64,000 bases of DNA from Octopus bimaculoides (GCF_001194135.2 NC_068983.1:70065638-70129637), one strand, 5' to 3'; numbered from the stretch's first letter, positions 1-13,301 are shown. Program-made: numbers and translations. The notes: generated by a model from the letters alone, not told the origin.

Positions 1-189
1 ATGGTTCACTGTATTGTTAGTGTGGGTGCACTGAGGTATTCAATTTCATGGCATGATTGATGACAAAACATCTCCAAGTAGGTCTTCCTGAAGGATCCAG
101 CAAAAGTCTGTGACTAAGTGTCATTTTAGAAAAAGAAGTTGACAATCATTTCATATTAAATTTAACTGGATCCAGCTTACCATTGCATA

Positions 190-328
190 TAATACACATC
201 ACACACACACACACATGCATGCATACACACAGACACACACACAGACACACACAGACACACACACACACACAGTCACACACACACACACAGACACAGACAC
301 AGACACACACACAGACACACACACACTA
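190..328. repeat. (CA)n / (CAGA)-interrupted microsatellite
   Basis: Direct reading. Explains the H/T/D-rich ORF 215-424. Confidence 0.95.
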
Positions 329-3093
329 TGTGTGAGTGCCTTAAAGATTTATGCATATATATATATGAATCATTTCATGTCAGCAAGGAAAAGTGCTTTG
401 TCATGGCCACAGTGTAATATGTGAAACCAATAAAAGAATAAAAAGAACTAATATTTGTCCATCATTTAATGACTATTTTCCATACTGGCATGGGTTTGAT
501 AGTTCAATAGGAACCAGTGGAACAGAGGATTGAGAAATGCTCCAGTGTCTGAATTGGTTCAATTTCTTTTGCTTGATACCCTTGCTAGCACGAAACATTT
601 TACAGAGTATAGTGGGTAGTGTGCTTTTTGTGGTACCAGCACTAGTGAAGTTGCCTTGTTACTTGTAAAATAAAGGACCTAGAGGGATCTCTATAACTGA
701 AGAAGGATAGATGATTCTAGGCAGGATGATTTGAAAGGGACCAATTTATTGTCGTGAGAGGATAGTGGAGGGGGAGATAGTTATAGTTATGGACCCTGTT
801 GGGAGAGGGAGTTCAGGAAGGACTGGGAAAGGGAAGTGATTAATGTTGGGCTTGTGAAAAAAAGATGGACAGATGCGTAAGGGACAAGCGATGAGTTGTA
901 CCGGAAGGGTCCAGTGTTTTGTATAACACACACACCCATACACACACCCACACTCACATATGGAAATCCTTGTAATTCATATCAGCATGTAAAATGATCA
1001 TTAAAGCAATATTGATTATGAAGATTTTCAATGAATAAATAAATAAAATTAGACAAAGTCTAATTTTATCTAAAACATATGACTTGTTCCACTGTTGAAC
1101 CTGTTTGGCAACTGATCTGATCTGACCTGAGTTTATTTGTTGTAACTAAAACATTTGCAACGTGTTAGAGTCATATTGCTCCATTAAACATACATGTCTT
1201 GTTTATTCCCTTTTGCTCTTTTGTCTTTTAGTTGTATGTATTGTTATATCTCAATTATTCTCCCTTCATTTATAATCTAGCCAGTTCTACTCTCGTTGAC
1301 TACCTCTCATTGTTTTGTGTTTCTTTCATTTTCTCTTTTAAAGCACTAAATCAATCAATTGGGATATTTGATAGTGCAGCTAAATGCTGTAACTTGCTTG
1401 TTGACTTGGCTATAATATTTTATATAGTTTAAATATTCTAGTTTAGAATGGTAACATTTATGTAACCTCATAGTTATATGTTTGCCAGAATTTGTTTCAG
1501 CTGTTCGTAAAGTTGTTATTATTCTAGCATTTACTGCTAATCTTGGCTGGATGCTTGTCTATCCATTTATCATTTTTCCAAGAATGAAAAAAATAGAAAA
1601 AAATAAAAAAAATATAAAGATGACAAAATAGAAAATAAAAACATCACTGCATACTTCTTAGTGATAAAGAAAATTGATGTAGGAAGCTTCTGAGTTCCTT
1701 ATTGACATGCTTTTTCAATAAAAATTGCCTGCCAGAATCAGTTTTGCTTTTCAATTTTCTGAAATCAATAAGAACAAAAAAATAAGTACCAGTCATAATC
1801 TAGGATTGATTGAATCAATTATTCTCCATCATAAGAAAAGTGTGAGGTTATGCAAATTTGAGAAATCCTTGTAAAATGTTCTTTTCTTTTACTTGTTGGA
1901 TTTGATATTTATGTGACCCATTTTGAAGCGATTCTGGTGTGTAAGCTGACACAGTGTAAGACTTCAGAGACATCAGTTATACATTTCAAAATTTCTGGTG
2001 TTCATTATTTTATCTATGGAAAAAAAAGATGAGTAAAATATCTATCTTATTTTATTGGATGATCATCATGAATTATGGTAATGATCATCATTATTATTAT
2101 TATTCAACACCTGTTTTTTTTTCAGAAAACAATTCATGACATATAGCCATTCTGTTATACTTAATATTTGCAAGATCTGGAACAACCACCAGTTCTCACA
2201 TGTTCCATTGTCTTCCAACAATACTTTTTCTCTTAAGGACTCATTACTCATTCTTATTCCATGTTGTTTTTCTTGTTCCCCTCAGATAATGTTATCTTTC
2301 TTTACTACTCAGTTGCTTTCTGTCTTTGTTCACTTGTGCTTAATTGAGCATAGCAATAAGCAAGAAATACACATACAAATATTTGAATTTTAGATCCTCA
2401 AAATCAAAATCAAATTTAATAAGCCAAAACAAAAAAGAACGAAAATAATGAAAAATATACGCATAATCATAACTAGTGTGCTAAAATAGTATATAAATAG
2501 AAGAATCAATATGATATTGCATAATTAGTTTGCCTTTTGGTGTTTCTTTTTCCAAAATAAAACAGCCTTTTCACATATTTTGATATTTAAAAGTTCCATT
2601 TAAGGTTGTGAGCAACATTTCATCTGTCTTCACATTCTGAGTTCAAATTCTGGTGAGGTCAGCTTTGCCTTTCATCTTTTTGGGTTGATAAAATAAGTAC
2701 CAGTTAAGCACTAGGATCAATGCAATCAACTTACCTCCTCCCCTGAAATTGCTAGCCCTGTGTCAAAATTTGCAACCAATATTTAAGAGTTCCACTATGC
2801 CAGTGGCATTTGATAGAATTTAATTCATTATCATTTAGCTATTTCTGTTTTAATAGGTTGTTATGTAAATTTTGTCATATCTGTTGGTTTGCCTAAATTC
2901 AAATGTTTCTGTTTTGACAGGTTTCAGTCAGTAGACTTCAAGGGTTTTAATCAATACTTTATCAGTCATACAGACTCCAATACTTATAACAGTCTAGTAC
3001 TCATTTTGTAAATCTCTATTTGTTGAACTACTCAGTTAAAAGACATAAGCAATAACATTAGTTTTTAGAAGAGTGTAAACATAAACCATGTCT

Positions 3094-3240
3094 GGTAAGT
3101 TCACTGTCGTCAATTCACCATTTTTGTCCAATATTATAGTTTTTAACTATTAATAGTGAGATATTATGGATAATATTTTCTTGGTAAACTTACCTCACAG
3201 TAAACTTTCTTTACGGTGAATTGATGGTGGTGAACTTACC
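3094..3240. mobile_element. Small MITE-like element with ~26-bp imperfect terminal inverted repeats
   Basis: Left end ggtaagttcactgtcgtcaattcacc; reverse complement of right end ggtaagttcaccaccatcaattcacc. AT-rich non-coding interior. No clear TSD. Confidence 0.55.
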
Positions 3241-3898
3241 TGTAATCAACATAAACACAGATATTGGAGCACATGTTTTCATCTACCAAATTCCACTGAC
3301 AAAGTAGCAGTCAACCTGAGCCTGACATTTGTCCAGTCTATTGCCCAAGGGAACAAACCAGGAATCATGTGACTGCAAGCTTACAAAGCAAACTTTTTAA
3401 ATACACTGCCAAGTCTGCACTTATATCTGTAATGTAATTACATGTTTTCCTTCCCATCATATGCAAATTCTTTATAGTGGCATTTTGATTGATATATCAA
3501 CATTAAATTTAAGCTTTACTTTGTTTCTGGATCCTCAACAGGTTATTTTTGTCTTATTAAATGGAGATATAACAATTATATATAACTGAGAATTTTAATA
3601 ATCTGTAAATATTGAAACATAAATAAAATCAATTCTTTTGCATGAGAAGATTTGCATTTGGCACTGAAAATCAGTAAAGTTTGTTTGATGCTAAGTGCAA
3701 AACCATTCCATCTTATTCTTAGGATGCATTCTATTTTCTGGTAAACCATGCTGCATTTAAGGGCCATTTTCTGTTACTGCTGCATAGCCCTGTTATTGCT
3801 GCATAATGATGAAATACAAATTCTAAAGTATAGTTAGTGACACTGAAACTTCAAAACTATTTTGAAATGGTAAAAAAGAAAAAAAAAATGTTCTTAAC

Positions 3899-4284
3899 TG
3901 TGTGGCTGTGTAATTAGAAGTTTGCTTCTCAACCACATGGTTCCAGGTTCAGTCTGACTGTGTGGCACATTGGGCAAGTGTCTTTTACTATAGCCTTGGG
4001 CTGACCAAGGCCTTGTGAGTAGATTTGGTAGATGGAAACTGAAAGAAGCCTGTTGTATATGTGTGTGTGTGTGTCTGCCTGTGTTTGTTTTCTACCACGT
4101 TTTGACAACTGATGTTGCTTTGTTTATGTCCCTGTATATTAGCAGCTTGACTGAAGAGACCACTTGGATAAGTACCAAGGTTAACAAAAAAAAAAAAAAA
4201 TTGGGGTCAATTCATTCGACTAAAAATTCTTCAAGGCAGTGCCCCAGCATGGCTGCAGTCTAACGGCTGAAACAAGTAGAAGAT
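3899..4284 (+). mobile_element. tRNA-headed SINE, family A (octopus-type)
   Basis: Head tgtggctgtg...ggttccaggttcagtc (A/B-box-like), central ttgggcaagtgtct...ccttgtgagtagatttggtaga, internal (TG)n, tail ccagcatggctgcagtc...tgaaacaagta. The same modules recur many times in the window. Confidence 0.85.
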
Positions 4285-5419
4285 AACAAGATTAAATTAT
4301 TTTGGTTATACAGTCTTGAAGTGGTTATATCACATTGAGTTTTTATTTAATTGTTAATTTTTCTTTCACTACACTAGACATTGATTGTATTGGATAATGT
4401 TTAAACTGGTGTGTACTTCTTTCTGCACCTTCTTTCCTATGATCATATGTTTACAATGGAGTTTAGTCAGAACTAAGTCTAAAAGGCTGTAAAACTTACC
4501 TTTAATGTGAAATTGCTTCAATAAAATCCTGAATTTAGAGCTCATTTGAATTCCAAGTAAATATCCTCTTGAAAACTATTAATTGCCTTTGGTCTGTCTA
4601 TTCTTCTAATTCTGAACATTCACTGTGACTTGCATACATACATGTGTGTGTGTGTGTATACAGACAGACACACATACACATACATGCGTGCATACACACA
4701 CTCACACACACACATACACATACACGCACATGTAAGGTAAGTGTATGTGTAGTTATGTATGTATGTGCATGTGTTGAATAAAAGTAAAATGGTATGATGA
4801 TACGATACGTAAGATTTTATTTCTTTTAACTAGTTTGTGCAAATTCAGTGCACCTGCAGTTCAGTGATTACTTTCATCTTTATAGTAATCATAGTATGTA
4901 ATTTGCTTGATAAATCTCAGATGCCAAACACAATTTATGTAAACATATTATTAGCTTGATGTAAATGTTAATGTCTTTCACTGAAGCGAGCGCACACACA
5001 TACATACACACACAGACACACACACATTAGAACCATGCAAACTTTTCAAGCTGAGAGGTATATGGTTCTGATGAAGACAAATATCAGCTTTATCTGTAAC
5101 TAAAGATATTATTTGGAAAATTCCAGTTGGAGATAATATAATAATCCATGGGGACTTCAATGCATGAGTAAATGAAAACTTTGAAATATGGAGCTGTTTA
5201 GAACATCATGAGATGAAACATAGTCAAATTCCCATAGTCTATTTTTGCCACAAATGTATGTGCACAATCTTAAAAATGGAAATGCTCTTGATACTTTTAG
5301 TATTCCAGCAGAATTGATCAGATTATGGGGAAGGAAATGTCTGGAGCTTCTGTACATTCTTATATATAATCTGTAGGAAAATGATACAATTCTTCAAGAG
5401 AAGAAGAATGTGTTACTGA

Positions 5420-6900
5420 ACATGTTACACAAAGGGAAAAGTGGCAAAGACATATGCAACATTTTGTTAGGTATTTCTCTCCTCTGTGTTGTAGGGAAAA
5501 TATTGAGTAGAATTAGGTTCATTCTTCATGTTGTGAAATCCCTTCTGCTAAATCTCAAGAAGGTTTTCACCCTGGATGAAGAGCTTGTTATATGATATTC
5601 TCCACTTGTCACTTGAAAGAAAAATGCATGCATTGAACAGAGACTTGATCTCTATCACTGCTTTATTGACCTCACCAAGGCCTCCTTGATTCAAAGAAAT
5701 CATGATACATTATGGGCATTTCTTAGACAAAGTCAGTTGTCCAGTTAAATTCACAAATATTATGAAGTCCTTTCATGATGTCAAAAGAGCATGTGTTGCA
5801 ATGTCAGAGAATGTTAAGACTCTTTTTCAACCTGTGGTGGTCTGAAATGGGTTGTATAACTACTCCTGCACTATTGGTAATATATTTCACAATCATTTTA
5901 TCAGTCACTTGAAACACTTTAAGAATAGTTGTATATGTTACTGCATAACTGCTAAATTACTCATCCTCAGATAGCTCAGTTGTTAATCACACCCTTCTGT
6001 TTCTTTGGTAAAATATTTCTTGCACCCTGACGAATTTGATATTTTCTCACAATGAAAAATACATTTAAACTCTCATTGAATATTGTTTGATCTAATATGT
6101 TACATTAGCATGTAAGATATTAAGTCTAACAATGACTCTATTCATGAAAATGTTATTCTTTATGAGATCTGCTGTGGAAAACATTGTATGAGTCCTGATA
6201 CAACACATAAAGTATATAATCACAAAATACAACTTTGAAAGCCATCTTCCTTCAAATATCATAGCTGTATGTTAAATATAGATGTATACCCTGTTGATGA
6301 AATTGCAAGTAGAATCTAGGAATAGCTGGTTATCATTTGGAAAATTGCAATATTTTCTATGGTCTCAGCATTATATACAAAATGACACTGAATTATCTAT
6401 CTTCAAAGAACATTTTGTCTATTTTTTTCTTGTATTGCTGTGGAACATGGATATGGATATTATTTTTAAAGCCTGTTTGTTCATCATTTGGAGCATTTTC
6501 AGCAAAGTGTTTTCAATAAACTTTGCATATATCTTGGAAAGATATTATGTGACTGATGTTGGTGTTTAGAGATAGCAAAAATTGCAAGAAAGAAGCTCTC
6601 TTGCAAAATAACAGACTGAAGTATTCGAGCTATGTAGTTTGGAAGATTGAAGAATTCCAAAGCCTTTTCTCTATAGAGAACTATATTTTGGGGAAATACT
6701 TTTTTTTACAAATCAAAGTTAAGATACAGGACTACCTTAAATCACATTTGAAGAAAAGCAATATTTATATGGAAATTTGGGAGACTATTGTTCTTAATAG
6801 ACTCATGGAGAAAATTATAATCAATGTGTACTTGCATTTTGAAAAAAAACACCTTAAACATGCAAAATTAACAAGATGAAAGGTAACGCCATAGATAGCA
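5420..6900 (+). mobile_element. Heavily decayed RTE-clade LINE reverse transcriptase remnant
   Basis: Broken frames give GISLLCVVGKILSRI (cf. YRGISLL..GK), LYHCFIDLTKA (cf. FIDLTKAFD) and CPVKFTNIMKSFHD (cf. GCP.KF..II.SFH). Many stops and frameshifts; 3' boundary approximate. Confidence 0.7.
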
Positions 6901-6999
6901 ATAAGCCCTTCAAATATTTGTGTTGTGAACATATTTCTCTATCTAAAGCTGTCCATGTTAGCCACTCACAAGTACATGAATCAAAATAATAGTAGTAGC

Positions 7000-7357
7000 A
7001 TTGGGGCATGTGCTGTAATACCATGTTGCTGCATCCACCATTTGTTGGTAATTCTCTTCTCTTGGTAGATGACACCTTTACACCACTCTGGCAACAGCCC
7101 TGTATGGGTCTAGTTGTTGCCAGTAAGGGTTTTATTAGGTCAGAGTGCAAACCCTACCTCAACCTCTTTTAGTCATCTTTTATGACATGCAGAGGAAATG
7201 TTGGGTCTATTTGTTGGCATGCCAATCTCCACAAAACACTAGAGAAATGCAAAGTGAAGTGTTTTGTTCAAGAACTCAACGTGTCACCCAGTCTGAGAAT
7301 TGAACTCATGATCTGGTAATTGTGAGTGGAACACTCTAACCACTAAGCCATGTGCCT
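7000..7357 (-). mobile_element. tRNA-headed SINE, family E (decayed)
   Basis: Minus strand starts aggcacatggcttagtggttagagtgttcc...gagttcaattctc (A and B boxes), then ttcttgaacaaaacacttcac. A related copy lies near 62080-62260. Confidence 0.6.
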
Positions 7358-8099
7358 TCCCATGAACCAAGAAAGCTAATAAATCTCTGTTGCTTGAAAA
7401 AACTTATGTCTATCAATTATGCAATAAATGCTATTTTTCTACCAGTGAAAAGACAAGTGTCTGTACACAATGCCAAATGTAATGATTCTGCATTGCATTT
7501 AAATGAGAAGAGATATTTATGTGATAGCTGTGATAAAAGCTGCAAATCATCAGCTGTGTTAAAATGTCATCTTCATTAAGAAGTAGTATTCACACTCAAT
7601 ATTGAATCAATTTCCATTAAAAAAAAAATGTATGTGTGTATGTATGTATGTATATGTGTGTGTATTTGTTTATATGTATTTAGATATATGTGTGTGTGTG
7701 CATGCATGTATATATGTATGTTGGTAAGTAGATATGTGTGCATGTGCGTCTCATCTTGATATCGCTTGTTAGCTTGAAAATATCACACAAGCAGTGTTGT
7801 TCAACTGCAATCATCTGTGAAAACATGTCTTGCATTGGTGCTGTTCATGTTCAAAGTGCTTTGGGGAATATTTCTCTTGAAAACAAGTGAAGGTTTTAAC
7901 TACAGAGACAGCATTAGGTCATAGAAAATCTGCCTCAACAAATTCCATCTGACCTATGCAAGAATAAAACAGTGAATGTTAAAATGTTGACCAAGATACC
8001 TGATGCCTTGCTGTACTCAAGATGACCCATCCTCCACAGTAGAAGTGTTACGACCACATTCTCTGGTAAAGAGGATTGACCTGCAAGAGTCCTGTGCCA

Positions 8100-8324
8100 G
8101 TGCCACATAAAAAGTACTCATGCTGGGCCCATGTGACAGTGTTCATGCCAGTGCCATGTTAAAAGCATCCAGCACACACTGTAGAGTGTGGTTAGTATTA
8201 GGAAGAGCATCCAGCCATAGAAACCAAGCCAAATCAGACTGGAACCTGGTGCAGCTCTCCAGCTTGTCAATGCTGGTCAGACTGTCCAACCCAGCATAGA
8301 AAACAGATGTTAAAGGATGATGAT
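8100..8324 (+). mobile_element. 3' tail of RTE-type LINE (family D), decayed
   Basis: ttaggaagagcatccagccatagaaacc...tgtccaacccagcatagaaaacagatgttaaaggatgatgat; ends in (GAT)n at an N gap. Confidence 0.75.
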
Positions 8325-8334
8325 NNNNNNNNNN

Positions 8335-8533
8335 AATGCAGAGCTATCCTCATCTGCACAAAGATATAGAAATTTAATGAAATTACATTTCAACAGAAGG
8401 ACATATTTTTATAACTACATTTAAACTCTCCAAGTAGAAAGGGAGAATACAAAAAACCATATGTCCTTCTGTTGAAATGTAATTTCATTAAATTTCTATA
8501 TCTTTGTGCAGCTGAGGAGGATTCTTCTGCATT
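8335..8533. repeat. Long inverted repeat (53-bp perfect arms, 52-nt spacer)
   Basis: 8354-8406 is the exact reverse complement of 8459-8511; imperfect pairing extends to 8335/8533. The left side is cut by the N gap. Confidence 0.95.
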
Positions 8534-8736
8534 TTACATTTGATGTAATGTTCACATTGCTTAACTAAATGGAGTCGCATGAAACGATCGTTCCACATTA
8601 ACTTTGGATATTCTTGCTGCTTATTTTGATTTTAATCACCTTATTTTGAAACTGTATGGATAATACCATACTTAATTCTGGTGCCTAAACTTAAGTACCA
8701 TATTCACCTGAATCTATATATATATATATATATATA

Positions 8737-8813
8737 GTGCGTTTTTGGTAATCTACCTTTAGCTCTCATCCTACATTCCAGATGAGTGCTAAAGGTAGAT
8801 TACCAAAAAGCAC
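8737..8813. repeat. Near-perfect stem-loop (33-34-bp arms, 10-nt loop)
   Basis: gtgcgtttttggtaatctacctttagctctcatc - ctacattcca - gatgagtgctaaaggtagattaccaaaaagcac; one mismatch and one bulge. Confidence 0.9.
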
Positions 8814-8888
8814 ACCATTGAAAGGAACCAGCCTTGGCATTTTAGAGAAATTCACTATCTGCCTGGATTTCATATCCCTGCTCTTGCT

Positions 8889-9218
8889 ATCATCATCATC
8901 ATCATCATCATCGTTTAACGTCCGCTTTCCATGCTAGCATGGGTTGGACGATTTGACTGAAGACTGATGAACCAGATGGCTACACCAGGCTCCAATCTGA
9001 TTTGGCAGAGTTTCTACAGCTAGATGCCCTTCCTAACGCCAACCACTCCGAGAGTGTAGTGGGTGCTTTTACGTGCCACCGGCACGAAGGCCAGTCAGGC
9101 GGTACTGGCAACGGCCACGCTCAAAATGGTGCACCCCATGTGCCAGCGGCACTGGCAACGATCTCGTTTGAATGTCTTTTCATGTGCCACCGGCACAAGT
9201 GCCAAGAACGTGAAGCTG
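8889..9218 (-). mobile_element. 3' tail of RTE-type LINE (family D), young copy
   Basis: (CAT)n cgtttaacgtccgctttccatgctagcatgggttggacg...gatgcccttcctaacgccaaccactccgagagtgtagtgggtgc. Source of the spurious ORFs 9002-9337 and 9063-9365. Confidence 0.85.
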
Positions 9219-9220
9219 TG

Positions 9221-9251
<31 letters not shown>

Positions 9252-9295
9252 NNNNNNNNNNNNNNNNNNNNNNNNNNNNNNNNATATGTATATAT

Positions 9296-9681
9296 TCTTT
9301 TCTTCTTTTTCTTCTTTTATTTGTTTCAGTCATTTGACTGCAGCCATGCTGGAGCACCACATTGAAGGGTTTTAGTCAAACAAATCAATCCCAGGACTTA
9401 TTCTTTGTAAGCCTAGTACTTATTCTATTGGTCACTTTTGTCGAACCACTAAGTTATAGGGACATAAACACACCACCATTGGTTGTCAAGTGATGGTCAA
9501 AGGACAAATGCAGATACACACATACAATGACAGGTTTCTTTCAGTTTCCGTCTACCACATCCACTCACAAAGCTTTGGTTGGCCTGAGGCTATAGTAGAA
9601 GACACTTGCCCCAAGTGCCATGCAGTGGGACTGAACCTGGAAGCATGTGGTTGGGAAGCATGCTTCTTACCACACAGCCAC
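9296..9681 (-). mobile_element. SINE family A, full length
   Basis: Reverse complement of the family A head, central domain and tail seen at 3899-4284 and 30727-31110. Confidence 0.85.
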
Positions 9682-10703
9682 GTTATGTTTGTGTTTATGC
9701 ATTTGGATATGTATATATGTGTGTGAACATAAATATGTGTGTGCGTGTATTTTCATGACTGTGTAAATATGCATGTACACATTATTCAAACAGATGTTTC
9801 ATTTGAATCTTTAGATTCTTTTTCAAATTTGTTGCCAAGAATTGGCTTACAAGTTTGAATATTAACATAGGATTTGAGAGCAGATGTTGTTTATGTTAGC
9901 ATATGTCTTCCAATGCTAATCAAGCATTATTTTAAATTTGGTATACTTAGGGAACCATAAAATGGATTGCCTAAGGAAACAACAGAGTGCTTGTGACAGT
10001 TTAAATCCTCATCTTGATAATCCCAAATTCAGTGTCTGAAGCAAAAACATTGTTCTGGAACAATTACAACACAGGGAAGTGGGTCTGGTGAATGATTCAT
10101 GGTGTAGATGTACAACTCACATGTTAATTAAATTTAGAGCTGAAGCATTTAATGATATATATAAATGAGAAAGATGTGAACTACAAGTATGATTAAGGAA
10201 TCAAATTCTTTCATGACAGATCCTGTAATTTCAGTTTAACTTTTCTTCATTTGCTCATTCATAATGTTAAGAACTTTTTGTTAGACTTGTCAACTTTTTC
10301 AATGACTTGAATTATAAATGAAGTACCATAATTGGAAGAAAATCTTAGAAACTAATATGTGGTCTTTTTATCCACAAAGAAAAATCATAAGATTCACTGG
10401 TGTTAATAAAGCTGAACTTAATTTCTGAGGGTATAGTGTTGAGTGAATGAAATATTTCTTAATCGGGATAAGCTGACAGTTTGTTGTAGTTATTTCCGGA
10501 TTCTCTACCGCTGATTTTTTACAGTTTGTGAATGTGAGTTAAAGCACATTCAATTTAGGTATGTTAATCACAGGTATGGTGAAACATCTCTGGTCGATAC
10601 ACTCATGTTATGTGTATGAACTGGTAGCCCAGAAACTTGTCCTCTCACCTATTTAGTTTCAACTTATTTCCCAGGTACTCTTTTATTTTTTTGCTAACTC
10701 ATC

Positions 10704-11045
10704 ATCATTGTTTAATGTCTGTTTACCATGCTGGCATGGATTGGACAATTTGACAGGAGCCAGCCAGCTGGAGAGCTGTTGAGACTCCAATAGTTTGTTT
10801 TAGCTTGGTTTCTATGTCTAGATGCTCTTCCTAATGCCAACTACTCTACAGAGTATGTTGGATGCTTTTACATGCTACCAGTATAGGTGCATTTACGTGG
10901 CACCAACACAAATGCACTTTACATGGCACAGGCACGAGTGTACTTTATGTGGAAGTAGCATGAGTGCATTTTATGTGGCACTGGTATGAGTGCATCTCAC
11001 ATGGCACTGGCATGAGTACATTTTATGTGGCACTCGCACCTGCAA
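10704..11045 (-). mobile_element. Family D LINE tail with internal ~27-bp minisatellite
   Basis: catcattgtttaatgtc...ccatgctggcatgg...ctaatgccaac, followed by about six degenerate units of ggcactggcatgagtgcattttatgt. Confidence 0.7.
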
Positions 11046-12335
11046 AACAAAGATCTCTCAGCTGGGAGAGGGAGTGAGGGCATACCCATAAAGAACATGC
11101 CTGTATGTATGGATGGTCATGATTTCACTTAGCTTGATATGCCTTTCAAGTACAATGATCACCACAAGTTTTGGTCCTATGTCATCTCTTCAGTGAGGTG
11201 CAAAAATCCTTTTTACCTCAACTTACCCTGCTGGAAATTGCGTAATTATGATAAGTTAGAAATAAAGCTAGTCTATACTGATGTTCTCTGTGGTTGGAAC
11301 AGAGATAGAGGAAGCTTTGTCACCAGGATTTGAGGAGGATGGAAAATGTTAGTAAAGATGCTACCTCTGTTAGCAACAAATGGTTTACATCCATTTAAAT
11401 ATGACGGTATGTAAAGCAAATGTTTGAAGTGTGATTTTATGTAGTAGTGAAACTTGACAACTGAATTCAAAATATCTAAAGAGATTGGAAGGAAAAAAGA
11501 TAAGTATCTTTCAGATATGCAGTCTTAAATATGAGAAAAGCTCAAAAGAAGGGAGTTGAGAATAGTATCTGATATATAATGGTATACAACTACACTGCTA
11601 TGGATATGTATGCTCTTCAGTTACAGCATGTAATTTCAGGCGATGAAAACATTTAATGATTAGTTTGTTTAAATACTTTTCTTATAATTTCAACGATCCA
11701 GAGTTTTTTTCTTTAAATAATGTCAAATTATTTGAGGTTAGAAAAATTATGAAAAATGTTTCTCTGTTGGGTACGCATATTTCTTAGACTGATTGTACAT
11801 TCTAGTTAGTAGTAGACCTGTCATTTTGTATTTTTGGAGCTCTCCATGGCATTCAAAATATTTTGCAGTTTTATTGCAAATAGTAAAGCTATCCATGACG
11901 TGTTGGTGGTAACAACATTTCTGGTTTCATCTTCTGATATTCCAAAAATACTATTCAAAGATTGGTGCATTCTTTTTCATATATTACTTGGTATTTTTAT
12001 AGTTGAAATTGCATAGTTTGTCCTAGTTAATTTTTAATCAGTAGTCTTACATCTCTGTCTTTATGGAATGCTGGGTTATGTCTAGTAAAGCATATAAACT
12101 GACAATAATAGGGATTTTAATAGTTTTGTGTATTGATGGAAAGATCCTTTGAATTCTTGACCTCTGCTTTTTTATTATATGTGGAAGAAGTGTCTAAATT
12201 TATCATCAAGTGTCATTTAATAGTACATTGTATAGTGTTATAAGAGCATAATCTTTATAACCTTGTCTGGAAACAAAAGTTTGTAAGTTCAAACCTAGCC
12301 TGTGCCTTTATATACAGACACACACATATACACAG

Positions 12336-12369
<34 letters not shown>

Positions 12370-13282
12370 GTACAGTACCTGATGAAAACATAATTGAAAT
12401 CTATTTTTATACCAAAATGAAAAACAACAAAGATGTGTTGGTAGTGGTGGCTTCTATACAGTCATTCAAGCTGCTAGAAATTGCAGTCAGTGAAGCCAAG
12501 CCATCCTCAAATTGCACTCTGCATTTTAAGATAAGAAAGAGAAGGAAGTACATATTGGATAATATATGTCTTTTAAAAAATGGGATAATTACCAACAGAA
12601 TGTCTTTGGTCATAGGGTTTGTTCAGTCATGGGCTGACCTAGGTCTATGCAGCAGTAACAACAGCTATAAAAGCAAATGATGAGTTTAAAAATCTGATGA
12701 ATGTTTCCATAACTCAACTTAGGCACATGGGAATTTTAAGTATTAATGATACGTTAACAGTAATGATGAAATATTTGGAATTAAGTAAACAGAAATTCAC
12801 TAGAAAATATGTGATATTGTAACAACTGAAGGGACAAACCTATAGCATTTGATAACAGAATGAAGCAGTAATATAGCACCTTTTTTTTCTCCAGTGTTTT
12901 TCCTATGCTGTACAAAGCTACTGTTATTCAAAGAAGGTAGGTAATGTGAAATAGCTACACACAAATCCATAAAATTAAGGTTGAATTTTTTTATGGCTAA
13001 TATAAACATGATTCTGATGAATAAAAAGAAACCATATGGCATTGTATTCTTCCACCTGAATATCTTAATGACTTCTTAGGTTAAAACATTTTACTAAATT
13101 CTCATTTTTTTAAATTATTTTTTTTTTAGCATTGCTGATATATTTGAGTGTTTCCTCTGAAAAGTACTATTTTGACTGGATGTCAGCCAAAAATGTAAAG
13201 GTAGTTTATTGAAAGAATAGTGATGTGTGGGTGTGATACAAATATGCTGTTCTTTACTGGAAACTTCAGTTTATAAAAGAGG

Positions 13283-13301
13283 AGAGAGTGAGCGAGAAAG
13301 T

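Noticed and set aside
740-940. Minus-strand stretch faintly like the Cys-rich pre-GIY-YIG region of Penelope elements
   Set aside because: Only a few residues match across frameshifts; too weak to call.
5157-5371. Possible terminal exon after tttcctacag (LYIRMYRSSRHFLPHNL...)
   Set aside because: Open frame and acceptor only; no recognisable protein, and it abuts a decayed LINE.
9002-9337. Recurring ORF MAEFLQLDALPNANHSESVVGAF (also 37623 and 57565-57984)
   Set aside because: Antisense translation of the family D LINE 3' UTR, not a gene family.
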